Shown here piece after piece: positions 17,612 through 24,085 of a DNA stretch of 26,969 nucleotides. The position numbers and the translations under genes are program-made. Numbering within the stretch: the stretch's first letter is position 1; every line of letters begins with the position of its first letter. The notes beneath the pieces were generated by a model that saw only the letters and a list, made by a program, of their open reading frames with translations, searched no databases and was not told where the DNA came from. Source of the DNA: a virus (Duplodnaviria > Caudoviricetes); the IMG/VR virus record IMGVR_UViG_3300020464_000022, positions 1 through 26,969 of that record; one strand, given 5' to 3'.

Positions 17612-17812
17612 TTAGATTTTAGTTTCCAAGAGTGTGTCGTTTGAATAGGTGAGTTTGTAGTAGTTCAATCCGTGTTCGAATGTTACTGTTGTCGAGCTAC
17701 AACCTGCTGGCTCGTTATCGAATACGGTCATCCAAGTTCCGTCGACGTTTACTTGGTCGCAAGGCTTTAGGCTGTATGGTGCGAAGTGGCGGATGTTGTT
17801 TTGAGTTGTCAC
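17612..17812 (-). CDS. Small hypothetical protein, first gene of leader-repeat array
   Basis: GTG start in the repeated leader; LKPCDQVNVDGTWMTV suggests a small beta-barrel. Confidence 0.75.
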   Translation of the reverse strand: MTTQNNIRHFAPYSLKPCDQVNVDGTWMTVFDNEPAGCSSTTVTFEHGLNYYKLTYSNDTLLETKI

Positions 17813-17842
17813 TTTATTTCTCCTCGTTAGTTGTTGTTAATT

Positions 17843-17874
17843 GTTATATCGGTATTTTAAGCGTTAACGCATAA
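17843..17874 (-). promoter_or_regulatory. Candidate promoter/operator of small-gene array
   Basis: TTAAGCGTTAACGCATAA near-palindrome (17857-17874, perfect 10 bp core) next to -10-like TAAAAT and TATAAC on the minus strand; no good -35. Confidence 0.4.
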
Positions 17875-17916
17875 CATGAACGCCCCAAAAACAGCCAATT
17901 AACCAAAAAAAGGAAA

Positions 17917-18258
17917 CTATTTCTGGTCGACTAATTCAACAATGATCCTGGATAGATTAACCAGATCTTCAAGTTCACAGATAGCAAGCCATTGCTTGCC
18001 GTTCTTTCGATGGAATACTACCGGCACATCGTCAGCCTTTGAATCACTAACCGCCTGTTCAATCCATTTATACATGCTGCCGGATTCGCAGCGTTTACAT
18101 TCAACATGAATGCCGGGAACTCCGGACACGTCGCCATCGTGATTAGCACCACAAAATTGTTGTGACCGATAAGCCTCAACTTTCAAAAGCTGACTGAGCC
18201 TTCTTGAAAGCTCCCTTTCACCAGCCTTACCCTTATTGCGTGACATTCGTCCGCTCAT
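17917..18258 (-). CDS. Holliday junction resolvase-like PD-(D/E)XK nuclease
   Basis: SRNKGKAGERE, GDV, HVECKR, PVVFHRKN..W pattern. Confidence 0.8.
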   Translation of the reverse strand: MSGRMSRNKGKAGERELSRRLSQLLKVEAYRSQQFCGANHDGDVSGVPGIHVECKRCESGSMYKWIEQAVSDSKADDVPVVFHRKNGKQWLAICELEDLVNLSRIIVELVDQK

Positions 18259-18464
18259 TCTAATCCCATGTATTTCATAACTGCTCGACCGTTTACCTCT
18301 TGAGTTGTCAGCCGATAAGTGTGATACAACCTCTTGCCTTCTTTGTCAAAGTGAAATGCCGCAGGAACTCGCATCTGTATGATAGGCTCTTTTGCATAAC
18401 ACTTCTGACCGTCATTCGGACCACCAAACAGCACCATCTTAAAACCATCTGGATTGCTGTTCAT
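18255..18464 (-). CDS. Small hypothetical protein (GGPxDG motif)
   Basis: LFGGPNDG ... HTYRL; start re-called to ATG 18464 to avoid overlap. Confidence 0.65.
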   Translation of the reverse strand: MNSNPDGFKMVLFGGPNDGQKCYAKEPIIQMRVPAAFHFDKEGKRLYHTYRLTTQEVNGRAVMKYMGLE

Positions 18465-18471
18465 CTTGTTC

Positions 18472-18774
18472 TCAGTAGGGCCACTTCTCTGCAAGTACAT
18501 CATTTACACCATCGATTCTACCAAGCCACCGGCCGAACTTACCTGTTTTGTTAGTTGTAATAGCAAACTCGCCATTTTCATCCTGGGCAAATCGTAGCAA
18601 CATCTCGAGCTCATCAGTTGCTTCTTTGAATCCAAGACGACCTCGCTCCGGTGTATTAACTCCATCCAATCTGATACGCACTACACAGAAACAATGAAAG
18701 CCTAAATCAATACGAGCATCAAAGGTGTCACCGTCCACCACCTTAATGACCTTGCAGCGTTTGTACTCACGCAT
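18472..18774 (-). CDS. SNase (thermonuclease)-like OB-fold nuclease
   Basis: VIKVVDGDTF..IDLGF, RIRLDGVNTPE, GKFGRWLG motifs. Confidence 0.85.
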   Translation of the reverse strand: MREYKRCKVIKVVDGDTFDARIDLGFHCFCVVRIRLDGVNTPERGRLGFKEATDELEMLLRFAQDENGEFAITTNKTGKFGRWLGRIDGVNDVLAEKWPY

Positions 18775-18955
18775 AATCACCCTCCGGCTCGTGAATCTTA
18801 TTGTTCATCTTTCTGAGCAACTCCTCCATCTGGCTCATCAGCTGCTTGGCAGCTAGCCTCTCCATAAAAGGCAAGTCCTCGTTAATTTCTTTCATCACCA
18901 AAATACTATCGCACAACAGATCATGTGCCTGCATCATCAATCGTTCTTCAGTCAC
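18767..18955 (-). CDS. Small hypothetical helical protein
   Basis: 62 aa, coupled to neighbours, GAGGGGG upstream. Confidence 0.6.
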   Translation of the reverse strand: MTEERLMMQAHDLLCDSILVMKEINEDLPFMERLAAKQLMSQMEELLRKMNNKIHEPEGDYA

Positions 18956-19212
18956 GATAAATCCCCCTCAAGTTGATCGCGTAATATGCTTTGAGCAAAC
19001 TGCAAATAATGAATGGCTTTGCCAAGATCCTCAATTGCACCTTCAACAGTTCCGGCCTTTAAATCATGCCGGTGCATGTACTTACCAGCATTAAACACAC
19101 AAGCCATAATTGCTGCCTGGTCACCGTATGCGTCACGGAATGTGTCGAAGTATTCAAGATGACCTTCCGGCCTTTTGTAGTGCCTGGCTGGTGTTACTTT
19201 TTCTAAATCCAT
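18952..19212 (-). CDS. DUF3310 / SaV-like protein
   Basis: P.HY, NAGKYMHR...K, EDLGKAIHYL motifs. Confidence 0.8.
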   Translation of the reverse strand: MDLEKVTPARHYKRPEGHLEYFDTFRDAYGDQAAIMACVFNAGKYMHRHDLKAGTVEGAIEDLGKAIHYLQFAQSILRDQLEGDLS

Positions 19213-19236
19213 ATCGCACCTCTTTTAGTTTATAAG

Positions 19237-19390
19237 ACAACTGCCCCCGCTCGCGCCTAAAGGAGGCAAAAGCACAAGCGGGAGCGAGTTGTTAGAGTTA
19301 CACACACGAAACTCTGGCTGTTATTTTGCCACCGGCCAGTGGGCAATGCCTGCCGCCAACAACTAACAACACAGCGGCTAAGCCCGGCAT
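19237..19390 (-). ncRNA. Putative structured multi-hairpin RNA with loops antisense to small-gene leaders
   Basis: Three hairpins (19346-19390, 19294-19315, 19237-19292) plus a possible pseudoknot fill a 182 bp intergenic gap; G-U pairs favour the minus strand. Confidence 0.6.
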
Positions 19391-19394
19391 CAGG

Positions 19395-19676
19395 CTAATT
19401 CGATTCTGGCGCCTGGTCACGTTTCTCTGCCTTTTCAATTTCATCCAGGATAGGTTGCACTAAATCCGTTGGCACTTCATTCTCACCAATAAACCGACCT
19501 TTAAGCTGTTTCCATCTGACAGCATGTTTGACAATGTGACACCAAAAGCGGAGCATACCGACACGCTCCATTCCTATACCATTTGCAAGACCAAATGCCA
19601 TTGATAGCAGTATGGGGCTATTGCTTCGCACCTTAAGCCGGTCGGAGCTGACCGGATCAATAAAGAATAAACGCAT
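19395..19676 (-). CDS. Hypothetical protein downstream of replication initiator
   Basis: 93 aa, TAATG-coupled to the initiator stop. Confidence 0.6.
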   Translation of the reverse strand: MRLFFIDPVSSDRLKVRSNSPILLSMAFGLANGIGMERVGMLRFWCHIVKHAVRWKQLKGRFIGENEVPTDLVQPILDEIEKAEKRDQAPESN

Positions 19677-20563
19677 TAGATTTCCTCCTGTTCAAGTTTG
19701 CTCATCAGTTTAGCTAGCTCCTCACGTTTTGCAAGGAGCTTGTTTTTATCTTTGCGACTAAGTGCACCATTTTTAAGTTGTCGATTTATTTCACCAGCCT
19801 CACGCATGGCCCTTTGATAACGATCATCAGCCAAATGGCCTGTAAGTGGTACTGCACCACCACGATCTTTAGCAGGTGCAGGAAAAATGTTTTTCCAGTT
19901 CATTACCACCGAATGCGTCACAGCCTTTTGCAATTGCTTTACAGTCTTAAACTCAAAACGTTCAACAGCTGCATTAAGCCTCTTAGCTGTAAAGGTTCCA
20001 TGCTCAGCGTTATAGTATTTCTCAAACTCTCTGACGGCTGACATTGCTAATTCAAACTGGTCCTCATCAAGCGCAGCGAAAAAAGATAAAGACCTTATAT
20101 CTTTTCTTTTTATTTTTTCTTTATTCTTATTCTTTCTTATATATTCTTTTTCTTTTAGTGCCGCTCTTGTTCCGTCTTTGTTCCATCCTTGTTCCACTCC
20201 TGTTCCGTCCTTGTTCCGCTCTTGTTCCACTCTTGTTCCAGCTTTTTGATAGTCATCGTTGTAAGTGCTCCAATTGCAAAGGCTTACGTGCGTTCTGTTA
20301 TGTTCCGTTTTTAGAACAATATTACCGAGCAGCTCGAGCTTTTTTAGTAAACGATACGCAGAACTGCGCCCACAATTTAATAGCTCAGAAACTGTAACTG
20401 TGCTTGTTATAAGCTCGCCGGACTCAAGAATAGTACCATCCGGCAATTGACCACGCTTGAAGTTAGCATTCATAAGTAGCCAACACCAAAGCTTCCAGAG
20501 CTTTTCATCTTTAAAGACAGCAGAATGCTCAGATTTTCTCCATAACTTTACAAAGCCATCCAT
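19676..20563 (-). CDS. Phage replication initiator / replisome organiser (wHTH)
   Basis: GFVKLWRK..., LWCWLLMNAN, GELITS...LLKKLELLGNI, NWSTY, then a repeat-encoded linker and Lys-rich tract, as in lambda O-type initiators. Confidence 0.85.
   Translation of the reverse strand: MDGFVKLWRKSEHSAVFKDEKLWKLWCWLLMNANFKRGQLPDGTILESGELITSTVTVSELLNCGRSSAYRLLKKLELLGNIVLKTEHNRTHVSLCNWSTYNDDYQKAGTRVEQERNKDGTGVEQGWNKDGTRAALKEKEYIRKNKNKEKIKRKDIRSLSFFAALDEDQFELAMSAVREFEKYYNAEHGTFTAKRLNAAVERFEFKTVKQLQKAVTHSVVMNWKNIFPAPAKDRGGAVPLTGHLADDRYQRAMREAGEINRQLKNGALSRKDKNKLLAKREELAKLMSKLEQEEI
20164..20240. repeat. Seven 11 bp iterons (core TGTTCC), candidate replication origin
   Basis: ctcttgttccg tctttgttcca tccttgttcca ctcctgttccg tccttgttccg ctcttgttcca ctcttgttcca, adjacent to a very AT-rich tract at ~20095-20157 inside the initiator gene. 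Confidence 0.85.
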
Positions 20564-20580
20564 GACTTTATTCCCCCTTT

Positions 20581-20640
20581 AAAAAAACCGTTGGCCGAGC
20601 TGCTGAACATCAGCGCGTTTCTTATACTCTCGACCAACGG
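20581..20640 (-). terminator. Intrinsic terminator-like hairpin before the initiator gene
   Basis: CCGTTGGTCGAG/CTCGGCCAACGG 12 bp stem followed directly by T7. Confidence 0.75.
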
Positions 20641-20656
20641 CTGGAACTACATCAAC

Positions 20657-21124
20657 CTAGAATGGTATATCGCTGTTTTCAGGCGGCATCTCGCGCGTGG
20701 GCTCGTGTACCTTCAGCGGTTGCGCTGGTGCTGTGCCCTGGTTATCAAGGACCACATAACCCTTCACGCGATTCTGCTCGCCATATGTTTCGTCTTTTTC
20801 GATAGCCAACTTCAATTGGCCGGATAAGCCTTTCAACTCTTTTCCAGAAATAGTGTCACCGGCTTTCAAGCGGTCATGTAAACCAGTGGCCTTGCAAAAC
20901 TGGCTTATCTTAAAATAAGCCTTTTCTGTTTTGACAAGATAATCAAATATCTGAATATGGCCACCTTGGCCATCAAAAATTTTAAGTGTTACCTTCCACA
21001 TTTCATTGTTCGCATGGCTAAACTTATCTTCACCAGCCATAACAGAAAAATCGTATATGCCTTCTGGTAGCACTTTAAAACTGCTTTCCATATCTTTATC
21101 GGCCCATTCTTTAACTAAATCCAT
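20657..21124 (-). CDS. DUF669 protein (putative single-stranded DNA-binding protein)
   Basis: LPEGIYDF, IFDYL...FKISQFCKATG, C-terminal SDIPF tail; follows a Sak4-like ATPase. Confidence 0.8.
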   Translation of the reverse strand: MDLVKEWADKDMESSFKVLPEGIYDFSVMAGEDKFSHANNEMWKVTLKIFDGQGGHIQIFDYLVKTEKAYFKISQFCKATGLHDRLKAGDTISGKELKGLSGQLKLAIEKDETYGEQNRVKGYVVLDNQGTAPAQPLKVHEPTREMPPENSDIPF

Positions 21125-21136
21125 CTTTTCACCTCA

Positions 21137-21976
21137 TTAAGTAAGAGTTTCTTCTATAAAGTTAATACATTTCTTCTGGATATCATTAGGCAATTTAGAA
21201 ATACTATCAACGCCAGCCTTTTCAAGCCACTTGTTAACTGTTGCCTCTGGCACTTCATGATCGGCAATCAGCTTCTCAAGGATCTTTGATTGCTTGGTGG
21301 CCTTACTCTTGGCCTCCACATCACTCCTGCCATACGTATCTGCAAAGGTGTCATAGCTCCAAGGAAAACGCTTACCGACAGGAAAAGCCTCTACACGACT
21401 CTTGCGCACTGTAGCAATCCGCTTTGAGCCTTCAAGCGTAACTTCACACCAAAGGTCTAGCTCATACTCCAGCTTCTCCCAACAATCGAAAGTGTCACCA
21501 ATGACGGTACCATCATCCCACTGTGGCTTTGCATGAGCAACAAGAAGAACATTCATGTCTAGCTGGTCCAGGTTACGTATTAAACGCCGCATCCATTTGA
21601 TGGCTTCCTTCTTATCAGCACCATATTGAGATCCAACGGTTTTCTCTGCTTCGCTGATTTGCACCATCCACCACTTGGTTATGCTATCGAGAATGACCGT
21701 CTTGCGATCATGCTTTTGAGTAATTAGCTGATGGATAGCCTCAACAACCTGCACTGCATCTTGAGAGCCATCGGCCGGTCCCATATATAAAGCACCGGCG
21801 TCTTTGAGTTTATCCAGGTAGTGCGGCTCACTCGCACCATTTTCTACATCTACATAAAAGACATCAGGAAATTCAATTGAACCCCAAGTCTTTCCAACGC
21901 CGGACCGCCCGCTTAACAACATCTTGATTCTTCGGGGTTTTACATTTTCCGGTTTCCGCCCAATTGATAACGTCAT
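21137..21976 (-). CDS. AAA_24 / Sak4-like P-loop ATPase (recombination)
   Basis: Walker A GRSGVGKT, Walker B VILDSIT, NVLLVAH. Confidence 0.85.
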   Translation of the reverse strand: MTLSIGRKPENVKPRRIKMLLSGRSGVGKTWGSIEFPDVFYVDVENGASEPHYLDKLKDAGALYMGPADGSQDAVQVVEAIHQLITQKHDRKTVILDSITKWWMVQISEAEKTVGSQYGADKKEAIKWMRRLIRNLDQLDMNVLLVAHAKPQWDDGTVIGDTFDCWEKLEYELDLWCEVTLEGSKRIATVRKSRVEAFPVGKRFPWSYDTFADTYGRSDVEAKSKATKQSKILEKLIADHEVPEATVNKWLEKAGVDSISKLPNDIQKKCINFIEETLT

Positions 21977-22127
21977 CGCTTAGCACCTCATATTTGGCTG
22001 AGAATCTCCCAGCTTTATCACCAATCCAGTAAATAAAATCTGAACCACTTAATGGCTCACCAGTAAAAATATCTTCAGCGTTTGCATACCTTTCAGCAAA
22101 CAACTTAACTCGTTCCTTCCTTGTCAT
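21873..22127 (-). CDS. Small hypothetical protein
   Basis: AAGGAGG RBS before ATG 22127; 3' end overlaps the ATPase gene by ~100 bp. Confidence 0.65.
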   Translation of the reverse strand: MTRKERVKLFAERYANAEDIFTGEPLSGSDFIYWIGDKAGRFSAKYEVLSDDVINWAETGKCKTPKNQDVVKRAVRRWKDLGFN

Positions 22128-22293
22128 CTGTTTCCTCCTTGTTAACAGAATCTAAAATTTGATCTTGTTCCTCACACATCGACCGCCACCAGCTCGCCCA
22201 AATGTTGAACTGATTCATGACTGTATTAGTTACAACAACCGGCTGAAAAACAACCTCGCCATCATCTCTAAGAATTGGCATTACCACCCTCAT
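22105..22293 (-). CDS. Small hypothetical protein
   Basis: Start re-called to ATG 22293 (GAGGAAAGGG upstream) to remove a long overlap. Confidence 0.55.
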   Translation of the reverse strand: MRVVMPILRDDGEVVFQPVVVTNTVMNQFNIWASWWRSMCEEQDQILDSVNKEETDDKEGTS

Positions 22294-22672
22294 CCCTTTC
22301 CTCAAGCATTCGCTGGAACCAACGAGCCAGGCCAAGACATGATTGGGGTGAGGCATCAGAAATTTGTCGTTTCCGATGGATTGCCACTGCACGCTGTCTG
22401 TTACGTTTAGCCGCAACGTGTGGTTGTGAACATCCAAGGCAGTAAAGTCTATATCCGCCTTGAAATCTAGTGCCGCAGTCTTTGCATCGCCAATAGTTTT
22501 TCCTTTCCTGTTTTGTCTTTGATTCACCTGAAATTACCTTTGCAACAATGAAAATGGACCTGCCGGTTTGCCGCACAATATCAGCTTTAGACAAGCCCTG
22601 ATGATATAAATCTTTAATTGTTTGGCGTTCTTTGACTGTCAGCCTGGTCGGTTTGTTGGCCATATATCTCAT
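22268..22672 (-). CDS. HTH plus zinc-ribbon protein
   Basis: LTVKERQTIKDLYHQGLSKADIVRQTGRS HTH followed by CKDC...CLGC; start may be 22663. Confidence 0.75.
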   Translation of the reverse strand: MRYMANKPTRLTVKERQTIKDLYHQGLSKADIVRQTGRSIFIVAKVISGESKTKQERKNYWRCKDCGTRFQGGYRLYCLGCSQPHVAAKRNRQRAVAIHRKRQISDASPQSCLGLARWFQRMLEERDEGGNANS

Positions 22673-22805
22673 TCCTGAGCTCTGTAATCTCAGCTTCCAT
22701 TTTAGCCACTTGAACTTCCAAACTTCTACAGCGTTTCCTGCAATCGCGCAATCTGTTCATTGAATCTGTTAATTCTGCTCTGAGAATGTAATTGTTGACC
22801 ATCAT
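22614..22805 (-). CDS. Small coiled-coil hypothetical protein
   Basis: ATGA-coupled; heptad pattern LEVQVAKMEAEITELRNE. Confidence 0.6.
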   Translation of the reverse strand: MMVNNYILRAELTDSMNRLRDCRKRCRSLEVQVAKMEAEITELRNEIYGQQTDQADSQRTPNN

Positions 22806-23053
22806 TCACGCTCCAATCTATATTCAAAAGCAAGAGGATCATGTTTAGATCTGCGTTTGCTGATTCTATAACCAAGTTCACGTAATTCTCTTACGCGCCG
22901 AATAGGATCACGACAAATCCTTTTGCCAATCGGACTAGCTGCACGACTGATAGCATGATAATCATGCCAATGGTGATCTGATAATAGATTTAGAATGCGT
23001 TCGGCAGCAGTGCCAGGAGTAACGCGATTAAATAACGATAGTTGCTTGAGCAT
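22802..23053 (-). CDS. Winged-HTH protein, first gene of middle operon
   Basis: ILNLLSDHHWH...RRVRELRELGYRI...EYRL pattern; AAGGAGG RBS. Confidence 0.8.
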   Translation of the reverse strand: MLKQLSLFNRVTPGTAAERILNLLSDHHWHDYHAISRAASPIGKRICRDPIRRVRELRELGYRISKRRSKHDPLAFEYRLERE

Positions 23054-23163
23054 TTTGCACCTCCTTGCATCAAGTCAAATGTAGGTGGCCTCCGTGCCTG
23101 CATTTAAAAATGCCCTACATAATTTCATAGATGAAAGTTTAATTAAAAAGAGGACTTTCGCAC
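23054..23163 (-). promoter_or_regulatory. Candidate promoter, operator and structured leader of middle operon
   Basis: -10-like TAAACT, TTTCAT-N2-ATGAAA dyad (23123-23136), three-way junction 23079-23120 with ACGGAG loop, and SD in a TGCA-AGGAGG-TGCA hairpin. Confidence 0.5.
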
Positions 23164-23178
23164 ATGCCTAAATTGCCT

Positions 23179-23439
23179 TTATTTTGAAATAAGAAACCAA
23201 AGAACAGTTGCAAGTGCAGTCAGGCCGGATCCAAGAGCAAGCCGCACAGCCCAGCGCGTATTGGCCACCTGTGTTTCAAGAATTTGCTCCTGGTGATAAA
23301 TTCGTGCTTCAAGCGATGGCTTGCCATTACCTCTAAATAAATGTGCAATAGGCTTTAGCTCAGCATGAACAGCTTCAACCTTAGTCGTTAGCTGGCTAAC
23401 CTCATTACGTATTAGGTTCAAAACTTCTTGGTCGGTCAT
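23179..23439 (-). CDS. Coiled-coil protein with C-terminal transmembrane helix (lysis-associated?)
   Basis: 86 aa, GNGKPSL motif and hydrophobic C-terminus. Confidence 0.65.
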   Translation of the reverse strand: MTDQEVLNLIRNEVSQLTTKVEAVHAELKPIAHLFRGNGKPSLEARIYHQEQILETQVANTRWAVRLALGSGLTALATVLWFLISK

Positions 23440-23460
23440 CGCATCTTCTTTTTAAAGATA

Positions 23461-23500
23461 CCCCCACACACCGGCTGAAAGGTAAACCGATGTGCAGGGG
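23461..23500 (-). other. Strong intergenic RNA hairpin
   Basis: CCCCTGCACATCGG/CCGGTGTGTGGGGG, 14 bp with 3 G-U pairs only on the minus strand; loop TTTACCTTTCAG. Confidence 0.7.
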
Positions 23501-23538
23501 ATCGAGGTGCCTCGTCTTTGCTCTACTCAATTATCGAG

Positions 23539-23778
23539 CTATTCAATATCTAATTCAATTCGTTCATTTTTCCAGAATGGCAGAATGCCAGTATCAGTAA
23601 TTAGTCTTAGAGCAACATTTGCAACTGCCAGACCGATGGTGACATAACCGGCAATTCTTGGATTTTCAAGAAGCAGCTCCTCCTGGCTAACTAATGTTAA
23701 AACAGCAACGGCTGCTGTTAGTATGTTGACAACCATTGTGCGTGATTTCCACCACGGCTTACTTGCTGAAGATTCCAC
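23539..23778 (-). CDS. Holin-like two-TM protein
   Basis: KPWWKSRT..VN...ANVALRLIT pattern; two hydrophobic helices. Confidence 0.7.
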   Translation of the reverse strand: MESSASKPWWKSRTMVVNILTAAVAVLTLVSQEELLLENPRIAGYVTIGLAVANVALRLITDTGILPFWKNERIELDIE

Positions 23779-24085
23779 TAATCTTATCCTTTATAGAACC
23801 AAACATATCACCGACTTTGAAAGCACTGGATTTCATAAACAGCCAGACTGCACCCATAGCAATTAGAAACCACTTGATAAGGTTTGCTAGTGCATTCCGC
23901 TTTTCAGCAACAGCTTTTGACTTCTCAGCACTCGCACCAATCTTGGCTACTTTGTACTGGTACTTGTTATCTTTCTTTTCGATTTTAGTCTCTTGGCGAT
24001 CAACTCGAATGCTGCCGTTATCCTCAGCCTCACCAACGACAACAACAGGCTGCTGCTTACGCTTACTTCTTCTCTTAAAACCCAT
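23759..24085 (-). CDS. Basic membrane protein (lysis region)
   Basis: 108 aa, Lys-rich, one TM segment (LIKWFLIAMGAVWLFM); TGATG-coupled. Confidence 0.65.
   Translation of the reverse strand: MGFKRRSKRKQQPVVVVGEAEDNGSIRVDRQETKIEKKDNKYQYKVAKIGASAEKSKAVAEKRNALANLIKWFLIAMGAVWLFMKSSAFKVGDMFGSIKDKISGIFSK

Larger units (their letters stand above)
17039..17824 (-). repeat. Four identical 16 bp start-associated repeats AGGAGAAATAAAGTGA
   Basis: Copies at 17039-17054, 17341-17356, 17582-17597 and 17809-17824; each contains SD plus GTG start. Copies 1 and 4 share 24 bp. Confidence 0.95.

Noticed and set aside
17039-17824. Leader repeats as a CRISPR array
   Set aside because: Repeats are 16-24 bp, separated by 200-300 bp of coding sequence, each includes SD and start codon, and no cas genes are present.
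17875-17916. Intrinsic terminator after the resolvase gene
   Set aside because: T runs are present on the minus strand but the stem is too weak to support a call.
19237-19390. tRNA, or a plus-strand gene using AAAGGAGG at 19259-19266 as RBS
   Set aside because: No T-loop/anticodon cloverleaf; no start codon at a suitable distance from the SD-like sequence; G-U pairs favour the minus-strand fold.
20164-20240. 11 bp repeats as CRISPR or simple satellite
   Set aside because: No spacers; position inside the initiator next to an AT-rich tract fits iterons.
22294-22527. Long dual-coding overlap of the 140 aa and 134 aa ORFs
   Set aside because: A downstream ATG at 22293 with a purine-rich RBS explains the gene without a 260 bp overlap.
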